Positions 32,657 through 43,106 are shown, counted from the first letter of the stretch. The stretch: 64,000 bases of DNA from Pseudomonadota bacterium (GCA_043797085.1 JAZDQA010000010.1:59732-123731); one strand, 5' to 3'. Program-made: numbers and translations. Notes: generated by a model not told the origin, from the letters alone.

Positions 32657-34941
32657 AACCAACGTCTAATTTTTTTCAACTCTAAAGAGTTTAAAATAAT
32701 GCCGACATTATCAAGCTGATGTTCTTTTACAAAGCGATCGATAGCAGTAACAAAATCTTTTTTAGAATATTTAGCTTTAAAGAGAATTAAATTAAGATCA
32801 GAAAGACGCATCAGCACAAGAGCATCAGCAACCAATCCAGCAGGTGGTGCTACGAGAATAATATAATCATACGTTTCTTTTAGATATTCAAGTAAAACCT
32901 TAAAATGATCCGACATAATTAAGTCATACGGACTATCTACAGCCGATCCGCTGCAAATAACATTCATATTGATTTGATCCGTAAAATAAACCACCTCGGT
33001 CAATTCACACCGACCGCTTAAAAACGTACTGATACCCTTATCATTCTTAATCTGAAGTTTTTGATGAATCGATGGATGGCGCATATCCATATCTACAATA
33101 ATCACTTTTTTACCGCTTTGCGCCATGACCCGTCCCAGTTCTATCCCCGTAGTCGCACGCCCTTCTCCCAAAACAGAAGAGGTCAATGTCAAAATTTTCG
33201 GCTTCTTCAACTCATCACTGTACACCAACTTGGTGAGCAATACACGCAACGCATCTTGATAGAGACTTTTTTTGTTCTGAAAGTACGGCAAAATAGCAAA
33301 TACGGGTAACGCGGTGCGCTTTTCAATATCACTAATCGTTTCTATCGTACCGGACAAGGCATTTCGTGCAAGCGCCTGTGTTATCCCAATCATCAGACCT
33401 AAAATAATTCCGATTAAAATAATCAATGCCGGTTGCGGTTTTACCGGTGTCTTTTCAACAAACGCCCGATCAACAATCCAGTCTCCTGAAACTGTCGAAG
33501 ATTCCAGAATTGTTGTTTCAGCCCGTTTTTGGAGAAGATATTCATAAACTTTTTGATTAACCATAAGCCCATTCATAAGCTTCGACAACTGCTTCTCGTT
33601 TTCGGGAATTTCCATCAACAACTGATTGTTTTTTTGGATAATTGTATTAAGTGTCATTTTACGCTGATGGATACCGCGCAAATTGCTCTCAATACTGGCA
33701 CGCAAATTAGCTCTGAGTGCATTGATTTGTTGATTAACTTTAATAACCGAGGGATGCTCATTGGTATAATCAACCATCAGTGTCGATCGCAAAGTACCTG
33801 CTTCTTGCAGCTTTTCAATTAGAGGCAAAAGCGGAGAACCAAGAAGACTAATAGAGCCCGTATCGATCCCAGTCACGGAACTGTTACTTTGAACGTATCT
33901 CAAAAGATCGGTATAAACCCCTTCTTGCATATCCAATTCGTACCGCTGTTTTTCCAGCTCATTAAGCTTTTGTGCCGCCATTACTGCTTTGTCTTTTAAA
34001 TCAACCGTAACGGTATGTGAAGTTTTGTAGTCTTTCACATTGCTCGCTGAATTTTGAAGCGATTGATTTATTGCTTCCAGCTGCTTATCAATAAAACTTA
34101 ACGTTTTTTTGGCACCGGCGCTTTTCATCTCATTATTTTGCAGCTGATACGCATGAGCCAGCGCATTGAGCATATCTTCTGCTCTTTGCGGGATATTATC
34201 CTGATAGGTCAACAGTAATACCGAACTCTTATCTGATGTTACCGAAATATTTAACGAAGATTGCACCATATCAATCATTTGATCATTTGGAATAATTGTG
34301 AAAAAATAATCTTGATTGGCAATTATACTGTTTTGAGTGACACTCATACTAAATAATGGATGTCGTATTGGTGTATTATAGGGATATCTTTGCGAAATAT
34401 AAATCAACTCTTCACCACTCAACATCCCCAATAGCTTCATTGCCATAGACGGTTCGATCGTTAAACGAAAATGAGTGGCGTCCACCGGATGCAATTGAAA
34501 TTTATATTTAGTCAACAACTCAGATAATGATTTACAATTAACCGTAAATGGAGTATCTTTGTAAAGTTCTTGCATTTTGAACTGTTTTTTAGTGTAATAA
34601 CGTATCTCCATAGGTACACTCTCAAGTGCTTTTTGAACAACCAATTTTGATCGTAAAATGACCATTTCGTTTTCTATATTTACCTTTTGTCCGCCCAATG
34701 CATCCGCCAAAATATCGCTGGCTGCCGATCCATTTTGTGATTCAGGCTGAATTTTCATTGTCAAATTTGCCTGATAAACAGTCATAGAAAAATAGGCATT
34801 AATCACTGCTAAAAATAATGTGAATACCGTTATAGCAATTATAGATACTTTATACCGCCCTAGTATCGCAAAAACATCTTTGAAATTAATTTCCTCTTCA
34901 GATACGGAAGAAGTGACGTTTTGATTATTTGAAGAATACAT
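32653..34941 (-). CDS. wzc: Polysaccharide co-polymerase, Wzc/GumC family (degenerate kinase domain)
   Basis: EEEINFKD N-terminus, two TMs, coiled coils, YTNEHPSV; kinase-like C-terminus with GEGRAT and VDMDMRHP. Confidence 0.85.
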   Translation of the reverse strand: MYSSNNQNVTSSVSEEEINFKDVFAILGRYKVSIIAITVFTLFLAVINAYFSMTVYQANLTMKIQPESQNGSAASDILADALGGQKVNIENEMVILRSKLVVQKALESVPMEIRYYTKKQFKMQELYKDTPFTVNCKSLSELLTKYKFQLHPVDATHFRLTIEPSMAMKLLGMLSGEELIYISQRYPYNTPIRHPLFSMSVTQNSIIANQDYFFTIIPNDQMIDMVQSSLNISVTSDKSSVLLLTYQDNIPQRAEDMLNALAHAYQLQNNEMKSAGAKKTLSFIDKQLEAINQSLQNSASNVKDYKTSHTVTVDLKDKAVMAAQKLNELEKQRYELDMQEGVYTDLLRYVQSNSSVTGIDTGSISLLGSPLLPLIEKLQEAGTLRSTLMVDYTNEHPSVIKVNQQINALRANLRASIESNLRGIHQRKMTLNTIIQKNNQLLMEIPENEKQLSKLMNGLMVNQKVYEYLLQKRAETTILESSTVSGDWIVDRAFVEKTPVKPQPALIILIGIILGLMIGITQALARNALSGTIETISDIEKRTALPVFAILPYFQNKKSLYQDALRVLLTKLVYSDELKKPKILTLTSSVLGEGRATTGIELGRVMAQSGKKVIIVDMDMRHPSIHQKLQIKNDKGISTFLSGRCELTEVVYFTDQINMNVICSGSAVDSPYDLIMSDHFKVLLEYLKETYDYIILVAPPAGLVADALVLMRLSDLNLILFKAKYSKKDFVTAIDRFVKEHQLDNVGIILNSLELKKIRRWL

Positions 34942-35740
34942 CAATAGCCTTTCCATTTTTAATTTGTGTGTAGTCAACAAATGGGAACAACATTGCATGA
35001 AGCAGCTCGAAAAATGGCATTTGCTCTTTGAATGCCACATTGTATGCTTTCATACTGCGGGGCTGAATATAGACAATATCATTGGGTTTTAAAATTAAAC
35101 TTGTAAGCTGCATCGATGAAATATTGGCTAAATCGATCTCACGCATCGATGGCGTACGCAAACCTCCTCGGATAACTCTAACATTGCTTCGTTCTGCATC
35201 ATCCGTCAAATCTCCCGAATACGCCAATGCTTCGAAAAGAGACATCGTCCCGTTGGTTACCTGAACGACTCCGGGCTTGCGTACTTCACCCAAGACAAAA
35301 AGTTTTTGATTGAGGATTTTCACGGTCACAAAAGGATTTTTGAGATAGTGCTGGTAAGCCGTTAAAAGCTTTTCAGCGGCTTGATTTTCTGTCAAACCGA
35401 CTATTGACACCGCTCCAACAAGGGGAAGTCGCACCGTACCAGCCTTGGGAACCAAATATCCCTCTGTACCGTCACGAGTGAGTGCGGCTTGCATCCGCCC
35501 ACCTGTATTTAAGATCTGATTAAGTTCTTGTTGACCATCTCCGGAGGATTGACTGACGACAATAATCTCAAGGCGATCTCCTTTGGCAATTTTCCACTCA
35601 AATTCCGCCTCTTCAGTATAGTTTGAATCTGAAACGGTTTGAACCGTTGTAATATTGCCATCAAACATTTTATACGTTGGAATCGCGCACCCGCTAAACA
35701 ACAAACCTACTATAAACATTAAATAAAATGGAACTTTCAC
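34925..35740 (-). CDS. wza: Polysaccharide export lipoprotein (Wza-like)
   Basis: Lipobox FSGC; GDRL, GTVRLPLVG, VLGEVRKPG and LKPNDIVYI (Poly_export/SLBB); GTG start at 35740 inferred from RBS. Confidence 0.88.
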   Translation of the reverse strand: MKVPFYLMFIVGLLFSGCAIPTYKMFDGNITTVQTVSDSNYTEEAEFEWKIAKGDRLEIIVVSQSSGDGQQELNQILNTGGRMQAALTRDGTEGYLVPKAGTVRLPLVGAVSIVGLTENQAAEKLLTAYQHYLKNPFVTVKILNQKLFVLGEVRKPGVVQVTNGTMSLFEALAYSGDLTDDAERSNVRVIRGGLRTPSMREIDLANISSMQLTSLILKPNDIVYIQPRSMKAYNVAFKEQMPFFELLHAMLFPFVDYTQIKNGKAIDVFFK

Positions 35741-35937
35741 ACCTACCCCTTTAATTGAATATGACGAACCGTTCATGAGCTTTATGAGAAAATAATAACG
35801 ATAAATAATGAGATTATAATGGTGTATATTTGAGTAAAATTTGAAATATTTATTACATTATGTGATTGTATACGGAAGAGTTTGCAGTGTTATTTATAAG
35901 TATAAATAATAAGGAAAAGAAAAAATATTGTGTTGAA

Positions 35938-35962
35938 ATCTCTAAAAAGAAATTTTAGAGAT
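35938..35962 (-). terminator. Hairpin downstream of prs
   Basis: ATCTCTAAAA-AGAAA-TTTTAGAGAT just after the prs stop. Confidence 0.55.
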
Positions 35963-35970
35963 ATTGGAGA

Positions 35971-36900
35971 TTAACTAAAAAGTGAATTTACGCTCTCGTT
36001 GTGATAAACACGGCGAATGACTTCAGCGAACAAAGGTGCTACGCTGATAACTTTGATTTTATCACTGTGACCGCGCAGTTCAAGAGTATTGGAAATAACG
36101 AGCTCATCGAGCTCACCATTGTTAAGATTTTCGTATGCGTTACCGCTTAGGACACCATGTGTTGCGCATGCCATAACCGATGTTGCTCCGCGCTTTTTGA
36201 GTGCAGCCGCCGCTTTTACCATGGTTCCTGCCGTATCGACCATATCATCGATCATAATAACGTCTTTGCCCTCAACGTCACCGATAATGTTCATAACCTC
36301 AGACTCGTTGGCTTTTTCACGACGTTTATCGACGATAACCATCTCCAGCCCCAGTTTTTCAGCAAAATAACGAGCTCGTGTAACCCCTCCGATATCCGGA
36401 GAAGCGATAACAGGATTAGGGAGATTTTTAGAACTGATGTACTCTTGGAAGATAATAGAACCGTATAGATTATCTACAGGTATATCAAAAAAGCCTTGGA
36501 TTTGACCTGCGTGCAAATCGATTGTCACCACACGGTCAATCCCTGCTTTTTCAAACATATCTGCAACAAGACGTGCCGTAATGGGAACACGAGGAGCCGC
36601 TTTTCGGTCTTGGCGCGCATAGCCGAAATACGGAACGACCGCAGTAATAGAACTCGCAGATGAACGACGAAGCGCATCCGTCATGATGAGCAATTCCATT
36701 AGATTATCGTTGGACGGCGCTCCGGTACTTTGGATAATAAAGACATCCCGACCACGAACACTTTCAGAGATTTGCACATTAATCTCACCATCGCTAAAAC
36801 GTTTAATTTCTGCTTTTGAGAGATTAACACCGAGTGTTTTACACACTTCTACAGAAAATGCCTGACAAGCTGAACCGCTGAAAATTTTGTATCCGCGCAT
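35971..36900 (-). CDS. prs: Ribose-phosphate pyrophosphokinase
   Basis: FSDGEI, YFGYARQDRK, DLHAGQIQGFF and IDDMVDTAGT; start reset to ATG 36900 with RBS AGGA. Confidence 0.98.
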   Translation of the reverse strand: MRGYKIFSGSACQAFSVEVCKTLGVNLSKAEIKRFSDGEINVQISESVRGRDVFIIQSTGAPSNDNLMELLIMTDALRRSSASSITAVVPYFGYARQDRKAAPRVPITARLVADMFEKAGIDRVVTIDLHAGQIQGFFDIPVDNLYGSIIFQEYISSKNLPNPVIASPDIGGVTRARYFAEKLGLEMVIVDKRREKANESEVMNIIGDVEGKDVIMIDDMVDTAGTMVKAAAALKKRGATSVMACATHGVLSGNAYENLNNGELDELVISNTLELRGHSDKIKVISVAPLFAEVIRRVYHNESVNSLFS

Positions 36901-36920
36901 GGAAGTTCCTATTATTTTTA

Positions 36921-37018
36921 TACGCCATCGGAATACATCCCGATTGGCTACGTTAACACTGGGTTTCACCCGAAGGGCACTTTGCCTTCGGCAGGAAGCC
37001 CAAAATCACTTGTGATTT
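36921..37018 (-). repeat. GTAG-hairpin REP-like element, copy B (in predicted prs 5' UTR)
   Basis: + strand TACGCC-ATCGGAATACATCCCGAT-TGGCTACGTTAACACT followed by further hairpins; -10 TATAAT on the minus strand at 37042-37047. Confidence 0.6.
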
Positions 37019-37075
37019 ATCTTATGGTTATTATAAATGCGATTATAGCGCGCAGTCACTTAGCGGTTGCTAATA

Positions 37076-38263
37076 CTACGTACGGTAATCTGCGTTTATT
37101 TTGACGTATTCATGTCCAAGATCACACCCGTAGGCAATAAATTCACCCTCACCCTGACCAATATCACAATGAATCGTAAAGGCTGGTTTTTGCATCACAG
37201 CAGCGGCAAAGGGTTCAAGCTTTTCATCAAAAAGAAGTTCTCCTTTTTGGTACACACATACTTCATCAAACCAAATACTCAATGTTTCTTCATCACACAT
37301 CACACCGCTCGCACCCACCGTTGAAGCAATACGCCCCCAATTAGGGTCTTGTCCGAAAAGCGCTGTTTTTACGAGTAAAGAATTTGAGAGTGCTTTGGCG
37401 GCAACTTCTGCTTCATGATCGTTTATCGCACCGGTAACTTTGTAGGTTACAAGCTTCGTCGCACCCTCACCGTCACGCACCATCTCTTTGGCTAAAAAAA
37501 GCATGATTTTCCACAGCGCTTCTTTAAATGCCTCTGCATCAAATACACCGCTTTGTCCATTTGCCATGACCAGTACCGTATCATTCGTAGAGGTATCGCC
37601 ATCCACACTTGCGGCATTAAACGTCGTACGGGTACACTCATCGAGAATGCTTTGCATCGTAGCTTTATCGACGAGCGCATCTGTCGTAATAAAGCACAGC
37701 ATGGTAGCCATCGCAGGATTGATCATCCCTGCCCCCTTCGCCATCGCACCGATGCGAAACGAGGTAGCGTTTTCAAGCGTCACTTCAAAGGCAATACGCT
37801 TTGAAAACGTATCAGTCGTCATAATCGCTTCGGATGCTGCCACACCATCACGATGAGTAAGATCAAAGTTTAATGCGCCTTCGATGATCTTGGCTTTTGG
37901 TAGACGCACACCGATTACTCCCGTGGAACTCATCACAGGATTTTGTATCTGAGGAAATGCTTCTTGAACGCGCGATAGAACCTCATCGATATCTTTAATT
38001 CCCGCCGGACCGGTCATGGCATTCGCATTTTTGGAATTAATCAAAACAAAATTTCCTTCAAACTTTTCTTTTTGACGAAAATGGCGTATCGGCGCTGCTG
38101 TCATTTTATTGGTAGTAAAGACCGAAGCATTCACACAAAGAGAATCCGAATAGATAAAAGCGATATCCAGCGCTCCCTCTTTTTTCAGACCAATAGAAAT
38201 TCCATCGGCATAAAAACCTGTTGCAGCGCATACACCGCCATCAATATTTTTAAGTGTAAACAT
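37076..38263 (-). CDS. argJ: Glutamate N-acetyltransferase / ornithine acetyltransferase
   Basis: [42 protein letters not shown] and DGEGATK. Confidence 0.97.
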   Translation of the reverse strand: MFTLKNIDGGVCAATGFYADGISIGLKKEGALDIAFIYSDSLCVNASVFTTNKMTAAPIRHFRQKEKFEGNFVLINSKNANAMTGPAGIKDIDEVLSRVQEAFPQIQNPVMSSTGVIGVRLPKAKIIEGALNFDLTHRDGVAASEAIMTTDTFSKRIAFEVTLENATSFRIGAMAKGAGMINPAMATMLCFITTDALVDKATMQSILDECTRTTFNAASVDGDTSTNDTVLVMANGQSGVFDAEAFKEALWKIMLFLAKEMVRDGEGATKLVTYKVTGAINDHEAEVAAKALSNSLLVKTALFGQDPNWGRIASTVGASGVMCDEETLSIWFDEVCVYQKGELLFDEKLEPFAAAVMQKPAFTIHCDIGQGEGEFIAYGCDLGHEYVKINADYRT

Positions 38264-38370
38264 CAAAAAATCTCCAAAAAATAAACTGTATTATTATAAA
38301 CACTGAAGCCTAGAAGAAGGTTAAACGTAACAAAATTAAAAAGAGGATTAAAATGAAAAATGAGAGGGTC

Positions 38371-38391
38371 AATCGGGAAAGACTCCCGATT
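38371..38391 (-). terminator. Hairpin downstream of rpmB
   Basis: AATCGGGA-AAGAC-TCCCGATT followed on the minus strand by a T-rich stretch. Confidence 0.5.
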
Positions 38392-38413
38392 ATCGAAGCA
38401 CTAAGTGCGGGGG

Positions 38414-38602
38414 TTACGAATCTTTTTTAAGTGTACGAAGCTCAGAAGCAGCGATACGAAGTTTTTTTGTTGTACCGTCTTCAAGTGTAACACGTACAGT
38501 GCGAAGGTTTGGTAAAAAACGACGTTTTGTTCTGTTTTTCGCGTGAGAAACGTTGTTCCCGCTCATTGGGCCTTTACCACTAATAGCACATCTTCTTGCC
38601 AT
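38414..38602 (-). CDS. rpmB: 50S ribosomal protein L28
   Basis: [33 protein letters not shown]. Confidence 0.98.
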   Translation of the reverse strand: MARRCAISGKGPMSGNNVSHAKNRTKRRFLPNLRTVRVTLEDGTTKKLRIAASELRTLKKDS

Positions 38603-38744
38603 CTTGGGGCTCCTTGCGTAAATTTAGGTTGCGAATTCTACCTCAATGAACCCAAAGTTTACCTTAAGCTATTACTTTTCATCCCGCTAAAGTTCTCTTT
38701 AACTAAGAAGTATTACAATAAAGAAAAACATTGGATATAGAGTT

Positions 38745-39536
38745 GTGATAACATCTGAAGAAGTAACCCATTATATTCAAAACATTCCGCCGGCACCTGC
38801 TGTTGTACGTCAAGCATTGGATTACGCCCGTGCTGGTGATCTACCAAAAGCAGCTAAATACGCTTCTGAAGATCCGGCTCTTCGTCATTATCTAAAGATA
38901 TTAGTCAATCGACCCCTTTATGGATTTAAAAACGAAGTAAGTGATGTCAGTCAAATCTTTAGTATTCTCGGAGTCTCCGCAACGGTGCAAACCCTTTATA
39001 ACTATTTATTAAGTTTACTTACACCCAAAAAATGGGAACTGTTCAAGCTCACCGATCATCAATTCTACGATTTACAAGCATCTTTGAGTAAACGATGGGA
39101 AAAAATCTTGCTTCATCTCTCCATTAATGATAAAGAGATGCACAGCGCCATTGCTCTTATACCCGCTACTATTATTGTATGTGAAGCCCTTTTTGCTTCC
39201 AGAAAAGCCGAAGTTGTCCAACTGCGCAGCGTTAAATCACTTGATTTCAATACCATATTAAAGCGCTTAAGCGGCCGTGACCTTTTTGATCTTGCAGGTG
39301 AAATTGCTCTTACATGGGAAATGAGTGATAAGACCATTACCCTTATACAAGGTGCTTCTGGACTGATAGAGACTCTCAACTCTGAAGAAAAAATGCTCTC
39401 ACAATGGATGCATTTGCTTCTTTTTTATGAATTAAGCCAAAGTATTTATGTCAGTGCCGGACTCAATGAATTCATTGATTTCCAAATCGATTTTGTTCAT
39501 GATATTTACGAGCCCTTTATGCAAGTGATGGCTTAA
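38745..39536 (+). CDS. HDOD domain-containing protein
   Basis: IQNIPPAP, EDPAL..YLKILVNRPLYG and SILGV; all-helical pattern typical of HDOD. Confidence 0.75.
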   Translation: MITSEEVTHYIQNIPPAPAVVRQALDYARAGDLPKAAKYASEDPALRHYLKILVNRPLYGFKNEVSDVSQIFSILGVSATVQTLYNYLLSLLTPKKWELFKLTDHQFYDLQASLSKRWEKILLHLSINDKEMHSAIALIPATIIVCEALFASRKAEVVQLRSVKSLDFNTILKRLSGRDLFDLAGEIALTWEMSDKTITLIQGASGLIETLNSEEKMLSQWMHLLLFYELSQSIYVSAGLNEFIDFQIDFVHDIYEPFMQVMA

Positions 39537-39538
39537 AC

Positions 39539-40933
39539 GTGCGCGCCGTTATTCGTGGACGCATCGGGGTCTTTCACCTTCAAGGCTTTTTGGATGGGAA
39601 TAATGCTCCCTCGTTTTTAACCATTGACGATATCAAAGCAACCGAAGGTCTTAATATAGATATGTTGCTGGTATCGCTTAAAAAAGTAATTTTTTTCAAT
39701 AAAAACGGGCTGGACACCTTTGTCCACCTCCTGACCAATATACGAATTCAAAAACATATTGTCGTTGGATTTTGCGACTATGACCACACAAAATTTCAAG
39801 CCATTAATACTTTTTATGGAAATGAACTTAGCTTTTCTTTGTTTAAAAGTGAAAAAATAGCCGAACTTTTTGTCTCCAGTAATAAAAATGAGTCCAAAAC
39901 AGTTTTACTTTACAACAGCGACCATTCACAACGCTCCGCTATGGCGATCGAGCTGTTTGATTATGGTCACAATCCTATTATAGCCCAAAGTTTGAAGGAA
40001 TTTGAAGAGAAAAAGCAACATCCAGAACCCTACTATGCCATTATAGAAGATACTTATTTAGGGTATTTTGGGCAAAAAGTAGCCACACGCGTCACAGGCA
40101 ATGCAATTATTTATACTATTTCCAATTTTCTGGATGCCGAGATCAGTAATACGTTTAATATTGCTTATCACAATAATTCCTTAAATGTTGGATTTCGTCT
40201 GTTTATTTTCGACGCCTATAAAGTCGTTTCCATGAATATCCATGCTCTTAATTTTTTCACAAAACTAGCCAGTGCAGGGGCTGAATACAATGCTGCTATC
40301 TGCTTTGTAGGACTCACTTTTGAAAAAACACCTCAAGCTTTTAAAAATGATCTTGAAGATGCCGGAATGCTTTTCTTTGACACGATGGAAGAGATCCTCA
40401 AAAACAAAGAGTTGTTAAGTGACCTTGGCGGTGGTGGAGGGGCAACGGTGAAACAGCATCGCTCTCTAAATAAAGCGCTGGTCAATGAGCTTCCCCATTT
40501 TATTGATGCAACCGTCTCTACTATGGCCATGATGACCAATGCCGAGGCAACTAAAAACTCTGTCAAGATTCAGACGCTCACCCTTGCTGACGGCACTGAT
40601 CAAGTGGCAAGTTCTATCGGTTTTTATGGAGATATTGATGGATTAGTCATCCTCGTTTTTCCTCGTTCCATTGCGAAAAAAGCGTGTGAACTTCTTATCG
40701 GCGATACGGATATTACTGATGAAGACATCCTTGACTCCTTGGCTGAATTTGTCAACATTATTGGCGGACGAGCTAAAGTACTCCTTTCTGAAAATAAAAA
40801 ACGTCTTGACATTACCCTGCCTCGCACGTATGCCGACGTCAAAACTCTCTTAGAAATCGCTCAAGACAAAAAAGGAGTTCAAGTTGATTTGAGTTTTGAA
40901 GGGCAAAATTTTATCTTTTTCCTGACACGCTGA
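39539..40933 (+). CDS. Multidomain protein with STAS-like/receiver-like domains and C-terminal CheX phosphatase domain
   Basis: C-terminal SSIGFYGDIDGLVILVFP...DSLAEFVNIIGG (ExxN) and ITLP; two STAS-like repeats (GFLDG / NFLDA). Confidence 0.72.
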   Translation: MRAVIRGRIGVFHLQGFLDGNNAPSFLTIDDIKATEGLNIDMLLVSLKKVIFFNKNGLDTFVHLLTNIRIQKHIVVGFCDYDHTKFQAINTFYGNELSFSLFKSEKIAELFVSSNKNESKTVLLYNSDHSQRSAMAIELFDYGHNPIIAQSLKEFEEKKQHPEPYYAIIEDTYLGYFGQKVATRVTGNAIIYTISNFLDAEISNTFNIAYHNNSLNVGFRLFIFDAYKVVSMNIHALNFFTKLASAGAEYNAAICFVGLTFEKTPQAFKNDLEDAGMLFFDTMEEILKNKELLSDLGGGGGATVKQHRSLNKALVNELPHFIDATVSTMAMMTNAEATKNSVKIQTLTLADGTDQVASSIGFYGDIDGLVILVFPRSIAKKACELLIGDTDITDEDILDSLAEFVNIIGGRAKVLLSENKKRLDITLPRTYADVKTLLEIAQDKKGVQVDLSFEGQNFIFFLTR

Positions 40934-40975
40934 CTTTTTCGCTAAAATGTCAAAAAAATAACGAAGGTTTTTATT

Positions 40976-41617
40976 ATGCTCATCGCTCCCAGTATTCTTT
41001 CGGCTGACTTTGGTAACTTAGCGCGTGATGTTCGTGCCATCTGTGATGCAGGATGCGATTTTGTCCATGTCGATGTGATGGACGGACATTTTGTCCCAAA
41101 TATGACCCTAGGACCGGTCGTCGTGAGTGCCATAGCAAAAGCTTCTACCAAGCCTCTCGATATTCACCTTATGGTTCAAAACAATACTTTTTTTGTCGAT
41201 CTTTTTGCTCCGCTCAAACCGGAATATATCTCATTTCACATCGAAGAGGAAAAAAATCCCCATCGTCTGATTCAATACATACGATCACTTGGGATCAAAC
41301 CCGCCATTGTTTTAAATCCCCATACTCCGGCTGAAGCCATTGAGTATCTTATAGGTGATTTGGATATGGTTCTTGTCATGTCGGTTAATCCAGGATTTGG
41401 CGGTCAAAAGTTTATCCCCACGGTTGTTGAAAAAATCAAACGTCTCAAAGTTTTACGGGATGCCATCAATCCTAATTGTCTTATCGAAATCGATGGAGGC
41501 GTAGGAAGCGGTAATATTCAAATGCTTAAAGATGCCGGTGTAGATATCTGTGTTGCAGGAAGTTATGTTTTTGGAGCCGATGATTTTAAAACCGCTATCG
41601 ATAGCTTACGTGTCTGA
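40976..41617 (+). CDS. rpe: Ribulose-phosphate 3-epimerase
   Basis: IAPSILSADF, HVDVMDGHFVPN, MSVNPGFGGQ and EIDGG. Confidence 0.98.
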   Translation: MLIAPSILSADFGNLARDVRAICDAGCDFVHVDVMDGHFVPNMTLGPVVVSAIAKASTKPLDIHLMVQNNTFFVDLFAPLKPEYISFHIEEEKNPHRLIQYIRSLGIKPAIVLNPHTPAEAIEYLIGDLDMVLVMSVNPGFGGQKFIPTVVEKIKRLKVLRDAINPNCLIEIDGGVGSGNIQMLKDAGVDICVAGSYVFGADDFKTAIDSLRV

Positions 41618-41623
41618 TCTGTG

Positions 41624-42211
41624 ATGAGAGTAAAAATCTGCGGTATTACCAATATAGAAGATGCGCTCCATGCCATCCATTGTGGAGCTGATGCGCTTGG
41701 CTTCGTCTTTTATCCTGACTCACCTCGCTACATCTCACCTATAAATGCTAAAGAAATCATCGCACAACTTCCCCCTTTTGTAGAAAAAGTCGCCCTTTTT
41801 GTTAATGAAACACCTGAAAATATTCAGTCAATATGTTTAGAAACAGGATGTACTCTGGCTCAAATCCATTTTGACGTAAGTGATGATTTTTATACCTCAT
41901 TGCACTTCCCATTACTTAAAGTAATTCGAGCCAAAAATAGTGAAGATGTTCTACTCTATAAAGACGAATATCGTCTTATTGATGCCTACTGTGAAAGTTA
42001 CGGTGGAAGTGGGAAACGTCTCAATATCGAATGGTTCAAGGGTGTTGATTGCTCTAAAATTATCCTCGCAGGCGGGCTTGATCCTGAAAATATACCTTCA
42101 ATTAAAGAGTATGGTTTTTATGGTGTGGACGTGAGCAGTGGTGTTGAATTATCCCACGGAAAAAAAGATCACCAAAAAGTATTTGATTTTATCACACGGG
42201 CGAAATTATGA
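41624..42211 (+). CDS. trpF: Phosphoribosylanthranilate isomerase
   Basis: VKICGIT, GADALGFVF, ILAGGL and GVDVSSGVE. Confidence 0.95.
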   Translation: MRVKICGITNIEDALHAIHCGADALGFVFYPDSPRYISPINAKEIIAQLPPFVEKVALFVNETPENIQSICLETGCTLAQIHFDVSDDFYTSLHFPLLKVIRAKNSEDVLLYKDEYRLIDAYCESYGGSGKRLNIEWFKGVDCSKIILAGGLDPENIPSIKEYGFYGVDVSSGVELSHGKKDHQKVFDFITRAKL

Positions 42212-42966
42212 TTCCATTGGATCCAAAAATAGTTAATCGCCTCTCTAAAAATGGAATTCCAAAAGAAGAGTTTGAAGAAAAAGTAGGCGATGATCTTGCA
42301 CTTGAAATGTTAAAAGCTCAAGGGTTGAACGTTATTTTGCATTCAAAAGCCTATAAATTTCGTACTTCTCTGACTCCGGTTAACGATACCCTCTTTTGTA
42401 TTGTGGACGTAGAAACCAATGGATCCAAAACTGCTCACCATCAGATCATAGAAATTGGTGCGGTAAGGTTTCAAAATGGGAAAATCATCGATACCTTTGA
42501 AAGCTTAGTCCATTGTGAGAGTATCTCAGATGCAATTGCTGAAATTACGGGTATCAGCGTTGAACAAACCATTCATGCACCACCGCTTTCAAAAGTCATG
42601 TCTGATTTTCGCCTCTATTTAGGGGATGCTGTTTTTGTCGGACATGATGCAAAATTTGATTATAAATTTGTCTCTGCCATGATGGAGCGCGTAGGACTTG
42701 GAGTATTGCTTAATCGTCAACTGTGTACGATTGATTTAGCGGAACGAACATTTGAGTCTGAACGGTATGGTTTGAGATATTTGAACGAAATGTATGATCT
42801 TCATACCGAAGCCACATATCATCGTGCCCTTTCTGATGCAATCACCACCACACAGCTCTTGGCACAAGTACTGCCAATGATTCCAAACACGATTCATACA
42901 ACTGAAGAGTTGATTGCGTTTTCAAAAGAGGCTGTGAGGATGAAGAGATTGAAAGCAACCACTTAA
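42208..42966 (+). CDS. DEDDh 3'-5' exonuclease (DNA polymerase III epsilon-like)
   Basis: VDVETNG, IIEIGA, GHDAKFD and HRALSDA. Confidence 0.88.
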   Translation: MIPLDPKIVNRLSKNGIPKEEFEEKVGDDLALEMLKAQGLNVILHSKAYKFRTSLTPVNDTLFCIVDVETNGSKTAHHQIIEIGAVRFQNGKIIDTFESLVHCESISDAIAEITGISVEQTIHAPPLSKVMSDFRLYLGDAVFVGHDAKFDYKFVSAMMERVGLGVLLNRQLCTIDLAERTFESERYGLRYLNEMYDLHTEATYHRALSDAITTTQLLAQVLPMIPNTIHTTEELIAFSKEAVRMKRLKATT

Positions 42967-42968
42967 AA

Positions 42969-43075
42969 TACGCCAAAGCAACGAAGTCACTTTGGCTACG
43001 CTAACGCTGTGTTTTTACCCTCAAGGGGCACAATGACCTCAGCAGTAAATGCTCACGTGCAGCAAGCCGCACTTT
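42969..43075 (-). repeat. GTAG-hairpin REP-like element, copy C
   Basis: + strand TACGCCAAAG-CAACGAAGTCA-CTTTGGCTACGCTAACGCT...CAGCAG...GCTCACGTGCAG...CCGCACTT. Confidence 0.65.
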
Positions 43076-43106
43076 AGAGAGTACTTTCTTTTGATGACTA
43101 GGAGTT

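Noticed and set aside
36901..36969. N-terminal extension of Prs in the ORF track (likewise for FabG, MraY, SelD, Wzc and AhpC)
   Set aside because: Downstream starts match family N-termini and mostly have RBSs; the Prs extension runs through a non-coding repeat
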